From assembly GCF_021054785.1 (NCBI RefSeq), contig NZ_CP088239.1:1-32000 (forward strand): DNA of 32,000 bases, read 5' to 3'. This document shows, one piece after another, positions 10,992 through 20,895 of this stretch. The notes beneath the pieces are model-generated. The model was not told where the DNA came from. It saw nothing but the letters and a program-made list of their open reading frames with translations, and did no database searches. Each line of letters begins with the position of its first letter. The first letter of the stretch is position 1. This DNA comes from Tannockella kyphosi (GTDB taxonomy: Bacteria; Bacillota_I; Bacilli_A; Erysipelotrichales; Coprobacillaceae). The translations under genes were made by a program, and so were the position numbers.

Positions 10992-11177
10992 ATGGCTAAA
11001 ACATCTATGAAAGTGAAACAACAACGTCCTCAAAAGTTTAAAGTACGTGAATATACACGTTGCGAACGTTGTGGTAGACCACACTCAGTAATTAGAAAAT
11101 TTAAACTATGCAGAATTTGCTTCCGTGAATTAGCTTACAAAGGCGAAATTCCTGGAGTAAAGAAAGCAAGTTGGTAG
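10992..11177 (+). CDS. rpsZ: 30S ribosomal protein S14 type Z (zinc-binding form)
   Basis: 61 aa; [20 protein letters not shown] contains the CxxC...CxxC zinc ribbon of the short S14 form. Confidence 0.97.
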   Translation: MAKTSMKVKQQRPQKFKVREYTRCERCGRPHSVIRKFKLCRICFRELAYKGEIPGVKKASW

Positions 11178-11218
11178 TAAAGTAGAAATATATTCCGAAG
11201 TGGAAGGAGGACTAGCAA

Positions 11219-11614
11219 ATGGTAATGACAGATCCAATTGCAGATATGCTAACAAGAATTCGTAATGCGAACAGACAACACCATGATGATGTTGTAATTC
11301 CAGCTTCAAAATTAAAAGCAGATATCGCTAAAATTTTGAAAAACGAAGGATTTATTAAAGATTTTAAAGTAGAAGGCGAAGGCCCAATCAAAAATATTAA
11401 AATTACACTTAAATACAGAGGTAATGATAGAGTTATCACTGATTTAAAGAGAATTTCTAAACCAGGATTAAGAGTTTACGCAAAAGTAGACGAAATCCCT
11501 AAAGTGTTAAATGGTTTAGGTATCGTAATCGTATCAACTTCTAAAGGAATGATGACTGACAAAGAAGCAAGAGCTGCACAAGTCGGTGGAGAAGTAGTCG
11601 CATACGTATGGTAA
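11219..11614 (+). CDS. rpsH: 30S ribosomal protein S8
   Basis: 131 aa; [17 protein letters not shown]. Confidence 0.99.
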   Translation: MVMTDPIADMLTRIRNANRQHHDDVVIPASKLKADIAKILKNEGFIKDFKVEGEGPIKNIKITLKYRGNDRVITDLKRISKPGLRVYAKVDEIPKVLNGLGIVIVSTSKGMMTDKEARAAQVGGEVVAYVW

Positions 11615-11652
11615 GAGAGCAGTAAAAAAAATAAATACAGGAGGTGTAACTG

Positions 11653-12198
11653 ATGTCTCGTGTTGGTAATAAAATTATTAGCATACCAGCTGGTGTTACA
11701 GTAGAAATCGCAAAAGATAATACTATCACAGTTTCGGGAGCTAAGGGGACTTTAGTAAGACAATTTTCACCAGTTATTTCATTTGAAAAAAATGATAATG
11801 AAATTACTGTTAGTAGAAGTACTGATCAAAAAACGCATAAACAATTACACGGAACTTCAAGAGCTAATTTAGCTAATATGATTGAAGGTGTAAGCACTGG
11901 TTTCACGAAAACTTTAGATATCGTTGGTATCGGTTATCGTGCAGCTATGCAAGGTACTAAATTAGTATTAAATATGGGTTATTCTCACCCAGTTGAAATC
12001 TTAGGAGAAGAAGGAGTTACAATTACTACTCCAACTCAAACTCAAATCGTGATTTCAGGAATTTCAAAGGAACGTGTTGGTCACGTTGCTGCGATTATTA
12101 GAGAAGTTAGAAAACCAGAACCTTATAAAGGTAAAGGAATTCGTTATACTGATGAAAAAGTTATCAGAAAAGAAGGTAAAACTGCTGGTAAGAAGTAG
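11653..12198 (+). CDS. rplF: 50S ribosomal protein L6
   Basis: 181 aa; [15 protein letters not shown] and [11 protein letters not shown]. Confidence 0.98.
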   Translation: MSRVGNKIISIPAGVTVEIAKDNTITVSGAKGTLVRQFSPVISFEKNDNEITVSRSTDQKTHKQLHGTSRANLANMIEGVSTGFTKTLDIVGIGYRAAMQGTKLVLNMGYSHPVEILGEEGVTITTPTQTQIVISGISKERVGHVAAIIREVRKPEPYKGKGIRYTDEKVIRKEGKTAGKK

Positions 12199-12223
12199 TT
12201 AGCTGGGAAGGAGCTATTAAATC

Positions 12224-12580
12224 ATGGCAAAACAAAAATCTCGTAATGATATCCGTTTAAAACGTCATGCTAGAGTTCGTAATAAAATTAGCGGAACTCC
12301 AGAGTGTCCACGTTTAAACGTGTTCCGTTCTAACTCTCATATTCATGCTCAAATCATTGATGATGTTAATGGTGTAACTTTAGCTAGTGCATCAAGTGTT
12401 GGATTGAAATTAGAAAACGGATCAAATATTGCTGCAGCTACTGCTGTAGGAACAAAAGTTGCTGAAGAAGCACAAGCAAAGAAAATTGAAAATGTAGTAT
12501 TCGACCGTGGTGGATATATCTATCATGGACGTGTAAAAGCTTTAGCTGAAGCAGCTAGAGAAGCTGGATTAAAATTCTAG
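12224..12580 (+). CDS. rplR: 50S ribosomal protein L18
   Basis: 118 aa; [18 protein letters not shown] and [24 protein letters not shown]. Confidence 0.98.
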   Translation: MAKQKSRNDIRLKRHARVRNKISGTPECPRLNVFRSNSHIHAQIIDDVNGVTLASASSVGLKLENGSNIAAATAVGTKVAEEAQAKKIENVVFDRGGYIYHGRVKALAEAAREAGLKF

Positions 12581-12592
12581 AAGGAGGTCAAT

Positions 12593-13159
12593 ATGGAACA
12601 ACGTAAACCAAGAGACAATGGACCAAGAAAAAATGGTCCTCGTAAAAATGGTCCAAGAAAAAATGGTCCTAGAAGAGAAGAAAAAGAATTTGAAGAACGT
12701 GTTGTTACTATTAACCGTGTAACTAAAGTAGTAAAAGGTGGACGTAAATTCCGTTTTGCTGCATTAGTTGTAATTGGAGATAAAAAAGGTAGAGTTGGTT
12801 TTGGTACTGGTAAAGCAAATGAAGTACCTGATGCAATTCGTAAAGCATCTGAAAATGCGAAACGTAATGTAATCACTGTACCTCAAGTTCACGGAACTAT
12901 TCCTCATGAAGTTACTGGTGTTTATGGATCAGGTAGAGTATTTGTTAGACCTGCTTCTCAAGGTACTGGAATCATCGCTGGTGGACCAGTTCGTGCGGTT
13001 GTAGAATTAGCTGGATATACTGATATCTTATCGAAATCATTAGGATCTAGAACTCCAATCAACATGGTTAGAGCAACTATGGAAGGTTTAGCATCATTAA
13101 AAACTGCTAGCCAAGTAGCTGAATTAAGAGATAAAAAAGTAGAAGAAATCTTTGGATAG
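12593..13159 (+). CDS. rpsE: 30S ribosomal protein S5 (N-terminally extended)
   Basis: 188 aa; [26 protein letters not shown] and [13 protein letters not shown]; about 22 extra N-terminal residues containing (NGPRK)x4. Confidence 0.98.
   Translation: MEQRKPRDNGPRKNGPRKNGPRKNGPRREEKEFEERVVTINRVTKVVKGGRKFRFAALVVIGDKKGRVGFGTGKANEVPDAIRKASENAKRNVITVPQVHGTIPHEVTGVYGSGRVFVRPASQGTGIIAGGPVRAVVELAGYTDILSKSLGSRTPINMVRATMEGLASLKTASQVAELRDKKVEEIFG
12617..12676 (+). repeat. 4 x 15-nt in-frame tandem repeat encoding [20 protein letters not shown]
   Basis: aatggaccaagaaaa / aatggtcctcgtaaa / aatggtccaagaaaa / aatggtcctagaaga. The units differ almost only at synonymous sites. Confidence 0.95.
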
Positions 13160-13171
13160 GAGACGATTGAT

Positions 13172-13357
13172 ATGGAAAAAACTATGTTAAGTATTACTCT
13201 AACAAGAAGCCCAATTGGTTGTTTACCAAAACAAAGAGCTACTTTAAAAGCGTTAGGGTTAACGAAAGTAAACAAAACAGTAGAAAAACAAAACAACGAG
13301 TTTACAGCAGGAATGCTTAAAGTTGTTGGACACCTAGTAAAAGTAGAAGAGAAATAG
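13172..13357 (+). CDS. rpmD: 50S ribosomal protein L30
   Basis: 61 aa; ITLTRSPIG...[10 protein letters not shown] pattern; position between rpsE and rplO. The start could instead be the internal Met at 13184. Confidence 0.93.
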   Translation: MEKTMLSITLTRSPIGCLPKQRATLKALGLTKVNKTVEKQNNEFTAGMLKVVGHLVKVEEK

Positions 13358-13368
13358 GAGGTGTAACA

Positions 13369-13809
13369 ATGAAACTACACGAATTACAATACACAGAAGG
13401 TGCTCGTAAAGCAAGAAAACGTGTTGGACGTGGAACAAGTTCTGGAACTGGTAAGACATCTGGTAGAGGTCAAAAAGGTCAAGGAGCTAGATCTGGTGGT
13501 GGAAAGAAACCTGGATTTGAAGGGGGACAAACTCCATTATTCATGCGTTTACCAAAACGTGGATTTACAAACATCAATAGAACTGAATATGCAGTTGTTA
13601 ACATTGAACAGTTAAATGCATTTGATGCGGATGCAGTAGTATGTCCAAAAGCATTAAAAGAAGCTGGAATTGTTAAAAAAGAATTAGATGGAATTAAAAT
13701 TTTAGGTAATGGAACTTTAGATAAAGCTATTACTGTAAAAGCTCATAAATTCTCAAAATCTGCAATTGCTGCAATCGAAGCTGCAGGTGGAAAAACTGAG
13801 GTAATCTAA
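13369..13809 (+). CDS. rplO: 50S ribosomal protein L15
   Basis: 146 aa; [19 protein letters not shown] and [17 protein letters not shown]. Confidence 0.98.
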   Translation: MKLHELQYTEGARKARKRVGRGTSSGTGKTSGRGQKGQGARSGGGKKPGFEGGQTPLFMRLPKRGFTNINRTEYAVVNIEQLNAFDADAVVCPKALKEAGIVKKELDGIKILGNGTLDKAITVKAHKFSKSAIAAIEAAGGKTEVI

Positions 13810-13810
13810 T

Positions 13811-15109
13811 ATGATTACATTCCTAAGAAATGTATTCAAAAAAGGTGAGCTTCGTCAAAAAATTACATTTACACTAGGAATCTTATTTGTGTACCGTTTA
13901 GGTTCATCAATCACGATTCCAAGTGTTAGTGCTAGTGCTCTGGGAGATATCGGTACAACAGGAATATTCGCAATTATGGATATGATTGGTGGGGGTACTC
14001 TTAGTTCATTCTCGATTTTTGCTTTGGGAGTTTCGCCTTACATAACTTCTTCAATCATCATTGAGTTATTATCAATGGATGTTATTCCAGTATTAACTGA
14101 ATGGAGAAAAGAAGGGAATACAGGTAAGAAGAAAAAAGATAGAGTAACAAGATTTGTAACACTAGCTTTAGCAGCATTACAAGCAGGTATGTTAACTTAT
14201 GCATTTGATAAAGGATACGGAATCTTAACAGATTCAACTATTTGGACTTATGCTTATGTAACTATCGTAATGGTTGCAGGTACAATGTTGGCAGTTTGGT
14301 TTGGGGATCAAATCACAAATAAAGGAATTGGTAATGGTGTTTCATTATTAATCTTTACAGGGATTGTTTCAAGCTTACCAAATAACTTCATTAGTACATT
14401 TAGCGATTTAGTTGACTTTACAGGAACAACATCAGCAATTGCTTTAGGATTTGCACAATATGCATTATTCGTGCTTTTATACCTAGCAATTATTGTCTTT
14501 GTTGTATTTGCTGAAGGATCTATTCGCAAAATTCCAGTTGTTTATGCTGGTAGTACAAGTAATAAAATGCATGCAAAACCAACTCAACACATGCCTATTA
14601 AAATTAATAGTGCGGGTGTTATCCCAGTTATCTTTGCATCATCTGTATTAGCTGCGCCTAGAACTGTCGTTAGTTTCATGGAAACTACTGATATTACTAC
14701 AGCAATTGATACTATCTTCGACTATTCACAACCAATTGGATTTGTCTTATATTTATTAATGATTGTTGGATTTACATTCTTCTATGCAAATCTACAAATT
14801 GATACAGATAAGATAAGTAAAGATTTAAAGAAAAATAATGGAGCTATTCCAGCTGTAAGAACTGGGGAAGAAACACGTATTTATCTTTATAAAGTATTAA
14901 ATCGTATTACTGTATTAGGAGCTGCTTTCTTAGTATTAGTTGCAGCAATCCCATTAGTAACACCATTACTTTGGACATCAACAGCTGATTCTAGTTTATC
15001 ACTAGGAGGAACTGGATTAATTATCGTAACTGGAGTTGCTTTAGAAACAGTAAGACAAATCAAAGCTCAAATTACTCGTAAAGAGTATCATGGCTATATT
15101 CGTAAATAG
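13811..15109 (+). CDS. secY: preprotein translocase subunit SecY
   Basis: 432 aa; multi-pass membrane protein; LGVSPYITSSIIIELL and GIGNGVSLLIFTGI; conserved position after rplO. Confidence 0.98.
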   Translation: MITFLRNVFKKGELRQKITFTLGILFVYRLGSSITIPSVSASALGDIGTTGIFAIMDMIGGGTLSSFSIFALGVSPYITSSIIIELLSMDVIPVLTEWRKEGNTGKKKKDRVTRFVTLALAALQAGMLTYAFDKGYGILTDSTIWTYAYVTIVMVAGTMLAVWFGDQITNKGIGNGVSLLIFTGIVSSLPNNFISTFSDLVDFTGTTSAIALGFAQYALFVLLYLAIIVFVVFAEGSIRKIPVVYAGSTSNKMHAKPTQHMPIKINSAGVIPVIFASSVLAAPRTVVSFMETTDITTAIDTIFDYSQPIGFVLYLLMIVGFTFFYANLQIDTDKISKDLKKNNGAIPAVRTGEETRIYLYKVLNRITVLGAAFLVLVAAIPLVTPLLWTSTADSSLSLGGTGLIIVTGVALETVRQIKAQITRKEYHGYIRK

Positions 15110-15129
15110 TATAGAAAGGAAATGAGATA

Positions 15130-15777
15130 ATGAATATCATATTAATGGGTCCGCCAGGTGCTGGTAAAGGGACACAAGCCGCTAATTTAGTAAAAGAATA
15201 TGGGTGCGCTCATATTTCTACTGGTGATATCTTTAGAAAAGCCTTAAAGGAACAAACGAAATATGGAGTAATTGCTAAATATTTCATCCAATTTGGGCAC
15301 TTAGTTCCTGATGACTATACTATTGCAATGGTTAGAGAGCATTTGAAGGAAAATGAATTTCCAAATGGGTTTATTTTAGATGGTTTCCCTAGAACTATCA
15401 TTCAAGCAAGAGAATTAGAAAGTATCGCAAAAGAGTTTAAATTCCAAATCGACGCAGTATTAAACCTGGATGTTGATTTCGATAAACTTACAAAACGATT
15501 ATCTGGAAGAAGAACTTGTAGAGAATGTGGTGCTACATTCCACGATGAATTTAACCCACCTAAACAAGTTTCTGTTTGTGATGCTTGTGGTGGTGAATTG
15601 TATCAACGTCCTGATGAAAGCGAAGAAGCAGTGAAAGTTCGTTTAGATACTTATACAAAACAAACAAGACCTTTAATTGATTATTATACAATGAAAGGTG
15701 AAATCACTAATATTAATGGTGATCAATCTATGGAAGAAGTCTTTAATGAAATCAAAAAAAGCCTGGAGGGTAAATAA
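15130..15777 (+). CDS. adk: adenylate kinase (Cys4 zinc lid)
   Basis: 215 aa; MGPPGAGKGTQA P-loop; lid CRECG...CDACGG. Confidence 0.98.
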   Translation: MNIILMGPPGAGKGTQAANLVKEYGCAHISTGDIFRKALKEQTKYGVIAKYFIQFGHLVPDDYTIAMVREHLKENEFPNGFILDGFPRTIIQARELESIAKEFKFQIDAVLNLDVDFDKLTKRLSGRRTCRECGATFHDEFNPPKQVSVCDACGGELYQRPDESEEAVKVRLDTYTKQTRPLIDYYTMKGEITNINGDQSMEEVFNEIKKSLEGK

Positions 15778-16523
15778 TGATAGTTACTAAAGATTCTAGA
15801 GAAATTGCATTAATGAGACAAGCCGGTAAAGTAGTTGCACTTGTGCATCAAAAATTACAAGAGGTAATTGTCCCAGGTATAACTACATCACAAATTAATG
15901 AAATATGTGAAAAAGTGATTCGTGAAAACGATGCAACTCCTTCTTTCTTGCATTTGTATGGCTTTCCAGCAAGTGTATGCACTTCTATTAATGAAGTTGT
16001 CGTACACGGAATTCCAGACAATACGAAATTAAAAGAGGGAGACATAATTTCAGTTGATGTAGGAGCTTGTTATAAAGGATATCATGGTGATAGTGCTTGG
16101 ACTTATGCGGTTGGAAAAGTGAGTGATGATGCAAAACGTCTAATGGATGTTTGTGAAAAATCATTAGAAGCTGGACTAAAGCAAGTAAAACCAGGGAACC
16201 GTTTATCCGATATTTCTCACGCTGTACAAACTTATCTAGAAAGTCACGGCTGTACTACTCCACTTGACTATACTGGTCATGGAATTGGGAGTGAAGTACA
16301 CGAAGACCCAGCTGTGCCTAACTATGGGCTACCTGGACGTGGACCTCGCCTAAAGGCAGGGATGACATTGGCTATTGAGCCAATGGCACATTTAGGAAGT
16401 TGTGAAACAGAAGTCATGAATGATGACTGGACAGTGAAAACGTTAGATCGTTCTTTAGCAGCACATTATGAGCATACGATTGTCATAACTGACGACGGAT
16501 GCGAAATACTAACAAAACTTTAA
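15777..16523 (+). CDS. map: type I methionine aminopeptidase
   Basis: 248 aa; VVHGIP, DVGACYKGYHGD, GHGIGSEVHE and EHTIVIT metal-ligand motifs; TAATG overlap with adk. Confidence 0.97.
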   Translation: MIVTKDSREIALMRQAGKVVALVHQKLQEVIVPGITTSQINEICEKVIRENDATPSFLHLYGFPASVCTSINEVVVHGIPDNTKLKEGDIISVDVGACYKGYHGDSAWTYAVGKVSDDAKRLMDVCEKSLEAGLKQVKPGNRLSDISHAVQTYLESHGCTTPLDYTGHGIGSEVHEDPAVPNYGLPGRGPRLKAGMTLAIEPMAHLGSCETEVMNDDWTVKTLDRSLAAHYEHTIVITDDGCEILTKL

Positions 16524-16539
16524 ATAAGGAGTTGAAACC

Positions 16540-16761
16540 ATGGCAAAAAAAGATGATGTCATTGAAGTAGAAGCAACAGTACTTGAAACGTTACCAAATG
16601 CAACGTTTAAAGTAGCGTTGGAAAACGGAGTAGTAATCCTAGCTCACGTTTCTGGTAAAATCCGTATGCATTACATTCGCATTTTACCGGGAGATAAGGT
16701 TACAGTAGAACTTTCCCCATATGATTTAACACGTGGGCGAATTACATTTAGACACAAATAA
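16540..16761 (+). CDS. infA: translation initiation factor IF-1
   Basis: 73 aa; [24 protein letters not shown] and [15 protein letters not shown]. Confidence 0.99.
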   Translation: MAKKDDVIEVEATVLETLPNATFKVALENGVVILAHVSGKIRMHYIRILPGDKVTVELSPYDLTRGRITFRHK

Positions 16762-16795
16762 GTTACAACAATCTTCCAAAAAGGAGGCAGAACAT

Positions 16796-16909
16796 ATGAA
16801 AGTAAGACCATCTGTAAAACCAATGTGTGACAAATGCAGAGTGATTAAACGTAAAGGGCGAGTAATGATTATCTGTGAAAACCCAAAACATAAACAAAGA
16901 CAAGGTTAA
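16796..16909 (+). CDS. rpmJ: 50S ribosomal protein L36
   Basis: Absent from the ORF track (37 aa). Hand translation gives [37 protein letters not shown]; SD aaaggagg at 16780-16787; canonical position between infA and rpsM. Confidence 0.96.
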   Translation: MKVRPSVKPMCDKCRVIKRKGRVMIICENPKHKQRQG

Positions 16910-16924
16910 TTAGGAGGAAAAAAT

Positions 16925-17290
16925 ATGGCTCGTATAGCTGGTGTTGATATCCCACGCGATAAGCGTGTTGTAATTTCATTAACTTACGTATACGGAATTG
17001 GTAAACCAAGTGCTCAAGAAATTTTAGCTAAAGTTGGAATCAGTGAAGACGTAAGAGTTAAAGATTTAACAGAAGACGAAATTACTAAAATCAGAAAAGA
17101 AGTAGAAAACTTCAAAGTAGAAGGAGATCTTCGTAGAGAGGTTGCATTAAACATCAAACGTTTAATGGAAATCGGAAGCTACAGAGGAATCCGTCATCGT
17201 AGAGGATTACCTGTACGTGGACAAAAAACAAAAACAAATGCTCGTACTCGTAAAGGTAAAGCTAAACCAATCGCTGGTAAGAAAAAATAG
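16925..17290 (+). CDS. rpsM: 30S ribosomal protein S13
   Basis: 121 aa; [15 protein letters not shown] and [23 protein letters not shown]. Confidence 0.99.
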   Translation: MARIAGVDIPRDKRVVISLTYVYGIGKPSAQEILAKVGISEDVRVKDLTEDEITKIRKEVENFKVEGDLRREVALNIKRLMEIGSYRGIRHRRGLPVRGQKTKTNARTRKGKAKPIAGKKK

Positions 17291-17307
17291 AATAGGAGGT
17301 TGAAATA

Positions 17308-17700
17308 ATGGCAAAAGTTAAACAAACACGTGGTAAAAAACGTGCTAAAAAGAATATAGCAAAAGGTATGGCACATATCCATTCAACTTTCAATAATACT
17401 ATTGTAACTATTACTGATGAACATGGAAATGTATTGACTTGGTCAAGCGCTGGAGCTCTTGGATTTAAAGGTTCAAGAAAATCTACTCCATTTGCTGCTC
17501 AAATGGCTTCTGAAGCTGCTGCAAAAGCATCTATGGAGCATGGTGTAAAATCTGTTGAAGTAAACGTTAAAGGTCCTGGACCTGGACGTGAAGCTGCGGT
17601 ACGTGCTTTACAAGCTGCAGGTTTAGAAGTAACTGCAATTAATGATGTTACTCCAATTCCACATAACGGGTGTCGTCCACCAAAACGTCCTCGTGGATAA
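17308..17700 (+). CDS. rpsK: 30S ribosomal protein S11
   Basis: 130 aa; [15 protein letters not shown] and [15 protein letters not shown]. Confidence 0.99.
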   Translation: MAKVKQTRGKKRAKKNIAKGMAHIHSTFNNTIVTITDEHGNVLTWSSAGALGFKGSRKSTPFAAQMASEAAAKASMEHGVKSVEVNVKGPGPGREAAVRALQAAGLEVTAINDVTPIPHNGCRPPKRPRG

Positions 17701-17753
17701 AAAAATTGTATTAAATTTCGTTAAAAATCTAATTCCTAGTGAGGAGGGAAATA

Positions 17754-18698
17754 ATGCAAAAGTTTGAAAAAGCAAATTTTAATATCGCTACTTATGATGA
17801 ATCAAACAATTATGGTAAGTTTGTAATAGAACCTTTAGAGAGAGGTTTTGGTACTACTTTAGGTAACTCACTTAGAAGAGTATTATTATCTTCTTTACCA
17901 GGCAGCGCAGTATACGCGATTAAAATTCAAGGAGCAATTCATGAATTTTCTTCAGTAGAAGGTGTTGTCGAGGACGTGACTTCTATTATTTTAAATCTTA
18001 AGAAATTAGTGTTCGATGTAGATGGTGAAAGCTCAGCTACAATGATTATCGACTGTAAAGGACCTTGTGTTGTTACAGGAAAAGATATTCAATGTCCATC
18101 TGAAGTTACTATGATTTCTAATGATTTGGTAATAGCTCACGTTGCAGAAGGTGCTCACTTATACATGGAATTATTCGCTAAGAAAGATCGTGGATATATT
18201 AGTGCCGATCAAAACAAGAAAGATATTAACACAATTGGAATGATTCCTACGGATTCAATTTATTCTCCAATTGAAAAAGTATCTTACTTTGTAGAACCAA
18301 CTCGTGTTGGTGAAAGTGCTAAATATGATCAATTAACTCTAGAAATAGAAACAAACGGATCATTAAAACCATTTGAAGCGATTTCATTAGCTGCTAAAAT
18401 TTTAGTAGAACATTTAAATATGTTTGTTGAATTAACAGATATTGCGATGAACATGGAAGTTATGTCAGAAGTTCAAAATGACACTACAAACAAAGTACTA
18501 GATATGACAATTGAAGAATTAGATTTCTCAGTGCGTTCATATAACTGTTTAAAAAGAGCAGGTATCCAAACTGTTCAAGATCTTGCCTCTAAATCTGAAG
18601 ATGATATGATCAAAGTTAGAAACTTAGGTAAGAAATCACTAAAAGAAGTAAAAGATAAACTAATTGAATTAGGATTAGGGTTTAAACCTATCGATTAA
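17754..18698 (+). CDS. rpoA: DNA-directed RNA polymerase alpha subunit
   Basis: The ORF-track start (GTG 17739) lies inside the SD gtgaggaggg, so I prefer the ATG at 17754 (MQKFEKANF). [23 protein letters not shown]; C-terminal [16 protein letters not shown]. Confidence 0.97.
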   Translation: MQKFEKANFNIATYDESNNYGKFVIEPLERGFGTTLGNSLRRVLLSSLPGSAVYAIKIQGAIHEFSSVEGVVEDVTSIILNLKKLVFDVDGESSATMIIDCKGPCVVTGKDIQCPSEVTMISNDLVIAHVAEGAHLYMELFAKKDRGYISADQNKKDINTIGMIPTDSIYSPIEKVSYFVEPTRVGESAKYDQLTLEIETNGSLKPFEAISLAAKILVEHLNMFVELTDIAMNMEVMSEVQNDTTNKVLDMTIEELDFSVRSYNCLKRAGIQTVQDLASKSEDDMIKVRNLGKKSLKEVKDKLIELGLGFKPID

Positions 18699-18727
18699 TT
18701 CTAAATAAAGGAAGGAGCACTAATCTC

Positions 18728-19090
18728 ATGGCTAACAATAGAAAATTAGGACGTACATCTGATATTAGAAAATCAATGTTACGTAGCCTTGCAACAGAAG
18801 TTATCATGAACGGTAAATTAGAAACAACTGAAACTAGAGCGAAAGAAGTTCGTTCAGTAGTAGAAGAGCTAATTACTTTAGGTAAACGTGGTGATTTACA
18901 TGCAAGAAGACAAGCTGCTGCTGTGTTACACAAAGCAGTAGATCCAACAACAGGTAAAACTGCAGTTCAAGTTTTATTTGATGACGTTGCACCAAAATAC
19001 AAAGAAGTTAATGGTGGATACACTCGTATCTTAAAAACTTATAACCGTAAAGGTGACAATGCCCCAATGGCAATTATCGCTTTAGTATAG
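18728..19090 (+). CDS. rplQ: 50S ribosomal protein L17
   Basis: 120 aa; [22 protein letters not shown] and GGYTRILK. Confidence 0.98.
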   Translation: MANNRKLGRTSDIRKSMLRSLATEVIMNGKLETTETRAKEVRSVVEELITLGKRGDLHARRQAAAVLHKAVDPTTGKTAVQVLFDDVAPKYKEVNGGYTRILKTYNRKGDNAPMAIIALV

Positions 19091-19100
19091 GATAAGTGAA

Positions 19101-19129
19101 AACCTCGCAGTATTACTGTGGGGTTTTTT
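19101..19129 (+). terminator. rho-independent terminator after rplQ
   Basis: 10-bp stem aacctcgcag / ctgtggggtt (two G-U pairs), loop tatta, T6 run at 19124-19129. Confidence 0.75.
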
Positions 19130-19180
19130 ATTACAGAATAAGACATATTTCCAGGGAAATATGTCTTATTCTGTAATAAA
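19127..19180. repeat. 54-nt near-perfect palindrome (26-bp arms, 2-nt centre)
   Basis: Arm 19127-19152 (tttattacagaataagacatatttcc) is the exact reverse complement of 19155-19180; checked base by base with no mismatch. Confidence 0.95.
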
Positions 19181-19187
19181 TTATCAT

Positions 19188-19216
19188 TTGACATACACTA
19201 CAATTAATAATAGAAT
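19188..19216 (+). promoter_or_regulatory. putative sigma-A promoter for ecfA1-ecfA2-ecfT-truA
   Basis: TTGACA (19188-19193), 17-nt spacer, TAGAAT (19211-19216). Confidence 0.6.
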
Positions 19217-19240
19217 ATAATGAGCATTGGAGGAGATACT

Positions 19241-20068
19241 ATGTCAAACATTATTGAAATTAAAGATTTATGTTTTGAGTATTCAAAAGGACACAAAACA
19301 TTAGATAATATATCATTCAACGTAAAAAAAGGTGATTATGTAGCGATACTAGGTCATAACGGTAGTGGGAAAAGTACAATTGCTAAACTATTAATTGGCT
19401 TATTAGAAGCAAATAGTGGACAAATTATTGTTGATAACTTACCTTTAAACTTAGATAACTTATATCAAATTCGTGATCGCATTGGAATCGTTTTCCAAAA
19501 TCCAGATAATCAATTTATTGGTGCCACTGTCCAAGATGATATTGCCTTTGGATTAGAGAATACTTGTGTACCAACAGAAGATATGCAACCTATCATTAAT
19601 GAATTTGCATCCAAAGTAGGTATGCAAGACTTTCTTTTACATGAACCTACCAAACTATCAGGTGGTCAAAAACAACGTGTCGCAATTGCTGGTGTATTAG
19701 CAATGAACCCTAAAATTATTATTTTAGATGAAGCAACTAGTATGTTAGATCCAATCGGAAAAAGAGAAATTAATACATTAGTTAATAAACTAAACAAACA
19801 AGAAGAAACAACGATTATTTCTATTACACATGATATTGAAGAAGCCAAAAATGCATCTCATGTTATATTATTACATGATGGACATATCATTGATTGTGGA
19901 AATCCAAAAGATATTTTAACAAATCAAGAAAGAATGCAACAATTAGCATTAGATATACCTTTTGCCCTAAAAATTAGTAGAGGACTAAAAGATGTTTTAG
20001 AAAACAAAGAAATACAAGATATTGATCAATTAGCGGAGGAACTATGCCAATTATATTTGAACAAGTAG
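19241..20068 (+). CDS. ecfA1: ECF transporter ATPase component A1
   Basis: Start moved to the ATG at 19241 (MSNIIEIKDL) behind the SD ggaggag. Walker A GHNGSGKST, signature LSGGQKQRV, Walker B IILDEATS. Confidence 0.93.
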   Translation: MSNIIEIKDLCFEYSKGHKTLDNISFNVKKGDYVAILGHNGSGKSTIAKLLIGLLEANSGQIIVDNLPLNLDNLYQIRDRIGIVFQNPDNQFIGATVQDDIAFGLENTCVPTEDMQPIINEFASKVGMQDFLLHEPTKLSGGQKQRVAIAGVLAMNPKIIILDEATSMLDPIGKREINTLVNKLNKQEETTIISITHDIEEAKNASHVILLHDGHIIDCGNPKDILTNQERMQQLALDIPFALKISRGLKDVLENKEIQDIDQLAEELCQLYLNK

Positions 20069-20895
20069 AACACACTTATAACCGTAATAGCATTAGTGCT
20101 TACCATGCTTTAAAAGGTGTAAACCTAGAAATAAAGCCAGGTTCTTTTAGTGCGATTATTGGTCAAACAGGAAGTGGGAAATCAACACTAATTCAACATA
20201 TTAATGCTTTACTATTACCTCATGAAGGTAAAGTAAAAGTATTAGAATATACAATTACAAAAGATGAAAAACCAAGTGTCTTAAAACCATTACGTCAAAA
20301 AGCAGGATTAGTATTTCAATTTCCTGAATATCAATTATTTGAAGAAACGATTGAAAAAGATATTATCTTTGGACCCATGAATTTTGGTGTATCAAAAGAA
20401 GAAGCTATAGCACTAGCAAAAGAAGTAATAGAACTAGTAGGTTTAGATCAAAGCTATTTACAACGTTCTCCTTTTGAACTATCAGGAGGACAAAAACGAA
20501 GAGTAGCAATTGCTGGTATTCTAGCAATGAATCCAGACATTCTAGTCCTAGATGAACCTACTGCAGGATTAGATCCACAAGGAACAAAAGAAATGATGGA
20601 TTTATTTCAAAAGATTCACCAAAGTGGCAAAACAGTAGTACTAGTAACACATGATATGAATCATGTACTAACCTATTGTGATTATGTTATTGTAATGAAT
20701 CAAGGAAAAGTAGAAAAACATGATACAGTTACAAAAGTATTTGAAAACCAAGAATATTTAGAATCTTTAGGAATTGATTTACCGATGATAACAAATTTAA
20801 TTATTAAACTAAATAAAGCAGGAATGAATATTGATACATCTATCAATAACGAAGAACAATTAATCAATGCTTTGAGAGGTGCACTACATGGATAA
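20044..20895 (+). CDS. ecfA2: ECF transporter ATPase component A2
   Basis: 283 aa; GQTGSGKST, LSGGQKRRV and LVLDEPTAGLD; overlaps ecfA1 by 25 nt. Confidence 0.93.
   Translation: MPIIFEQVEHTYNRNSISAYHALKGVNLEIKPGSFSAIIGQTGSGKSTLIQHINALLLPHEGKVKVLEYTITKDEKPSVLKPLRQKAGLVFQFPEYQLFEETIEKDIIFGPMNFGVSKEEAIALAKEVIELVGLDQSYLQRSPFELSGGQKRRVAIAGILAMNPDILVLDEPTAGLDPQGTKEMMDLFQKIHQSGKTVVLVTHDMNHVLTYCDYVIVMNQGKVEKHDTVTKVFENQEYLESLGIDLPMITNLIIKLNKAGMNIDTSINNEEQLINALRGALHG

Noticed and set aside
12577-12876. 99-aa minus-strand ORF containing a repetitive FLGPF motif
   Set aside because: It is antisense to the rpsE 5' region. Its repeat is just the reverse-complement reading of the (NGPRK)4 repeat.
13400-13615. 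71-aa + strand ORF in an alternative frame
   Set aside because: It is nested inside rplO in another frame, with no SD and no recognisable product.
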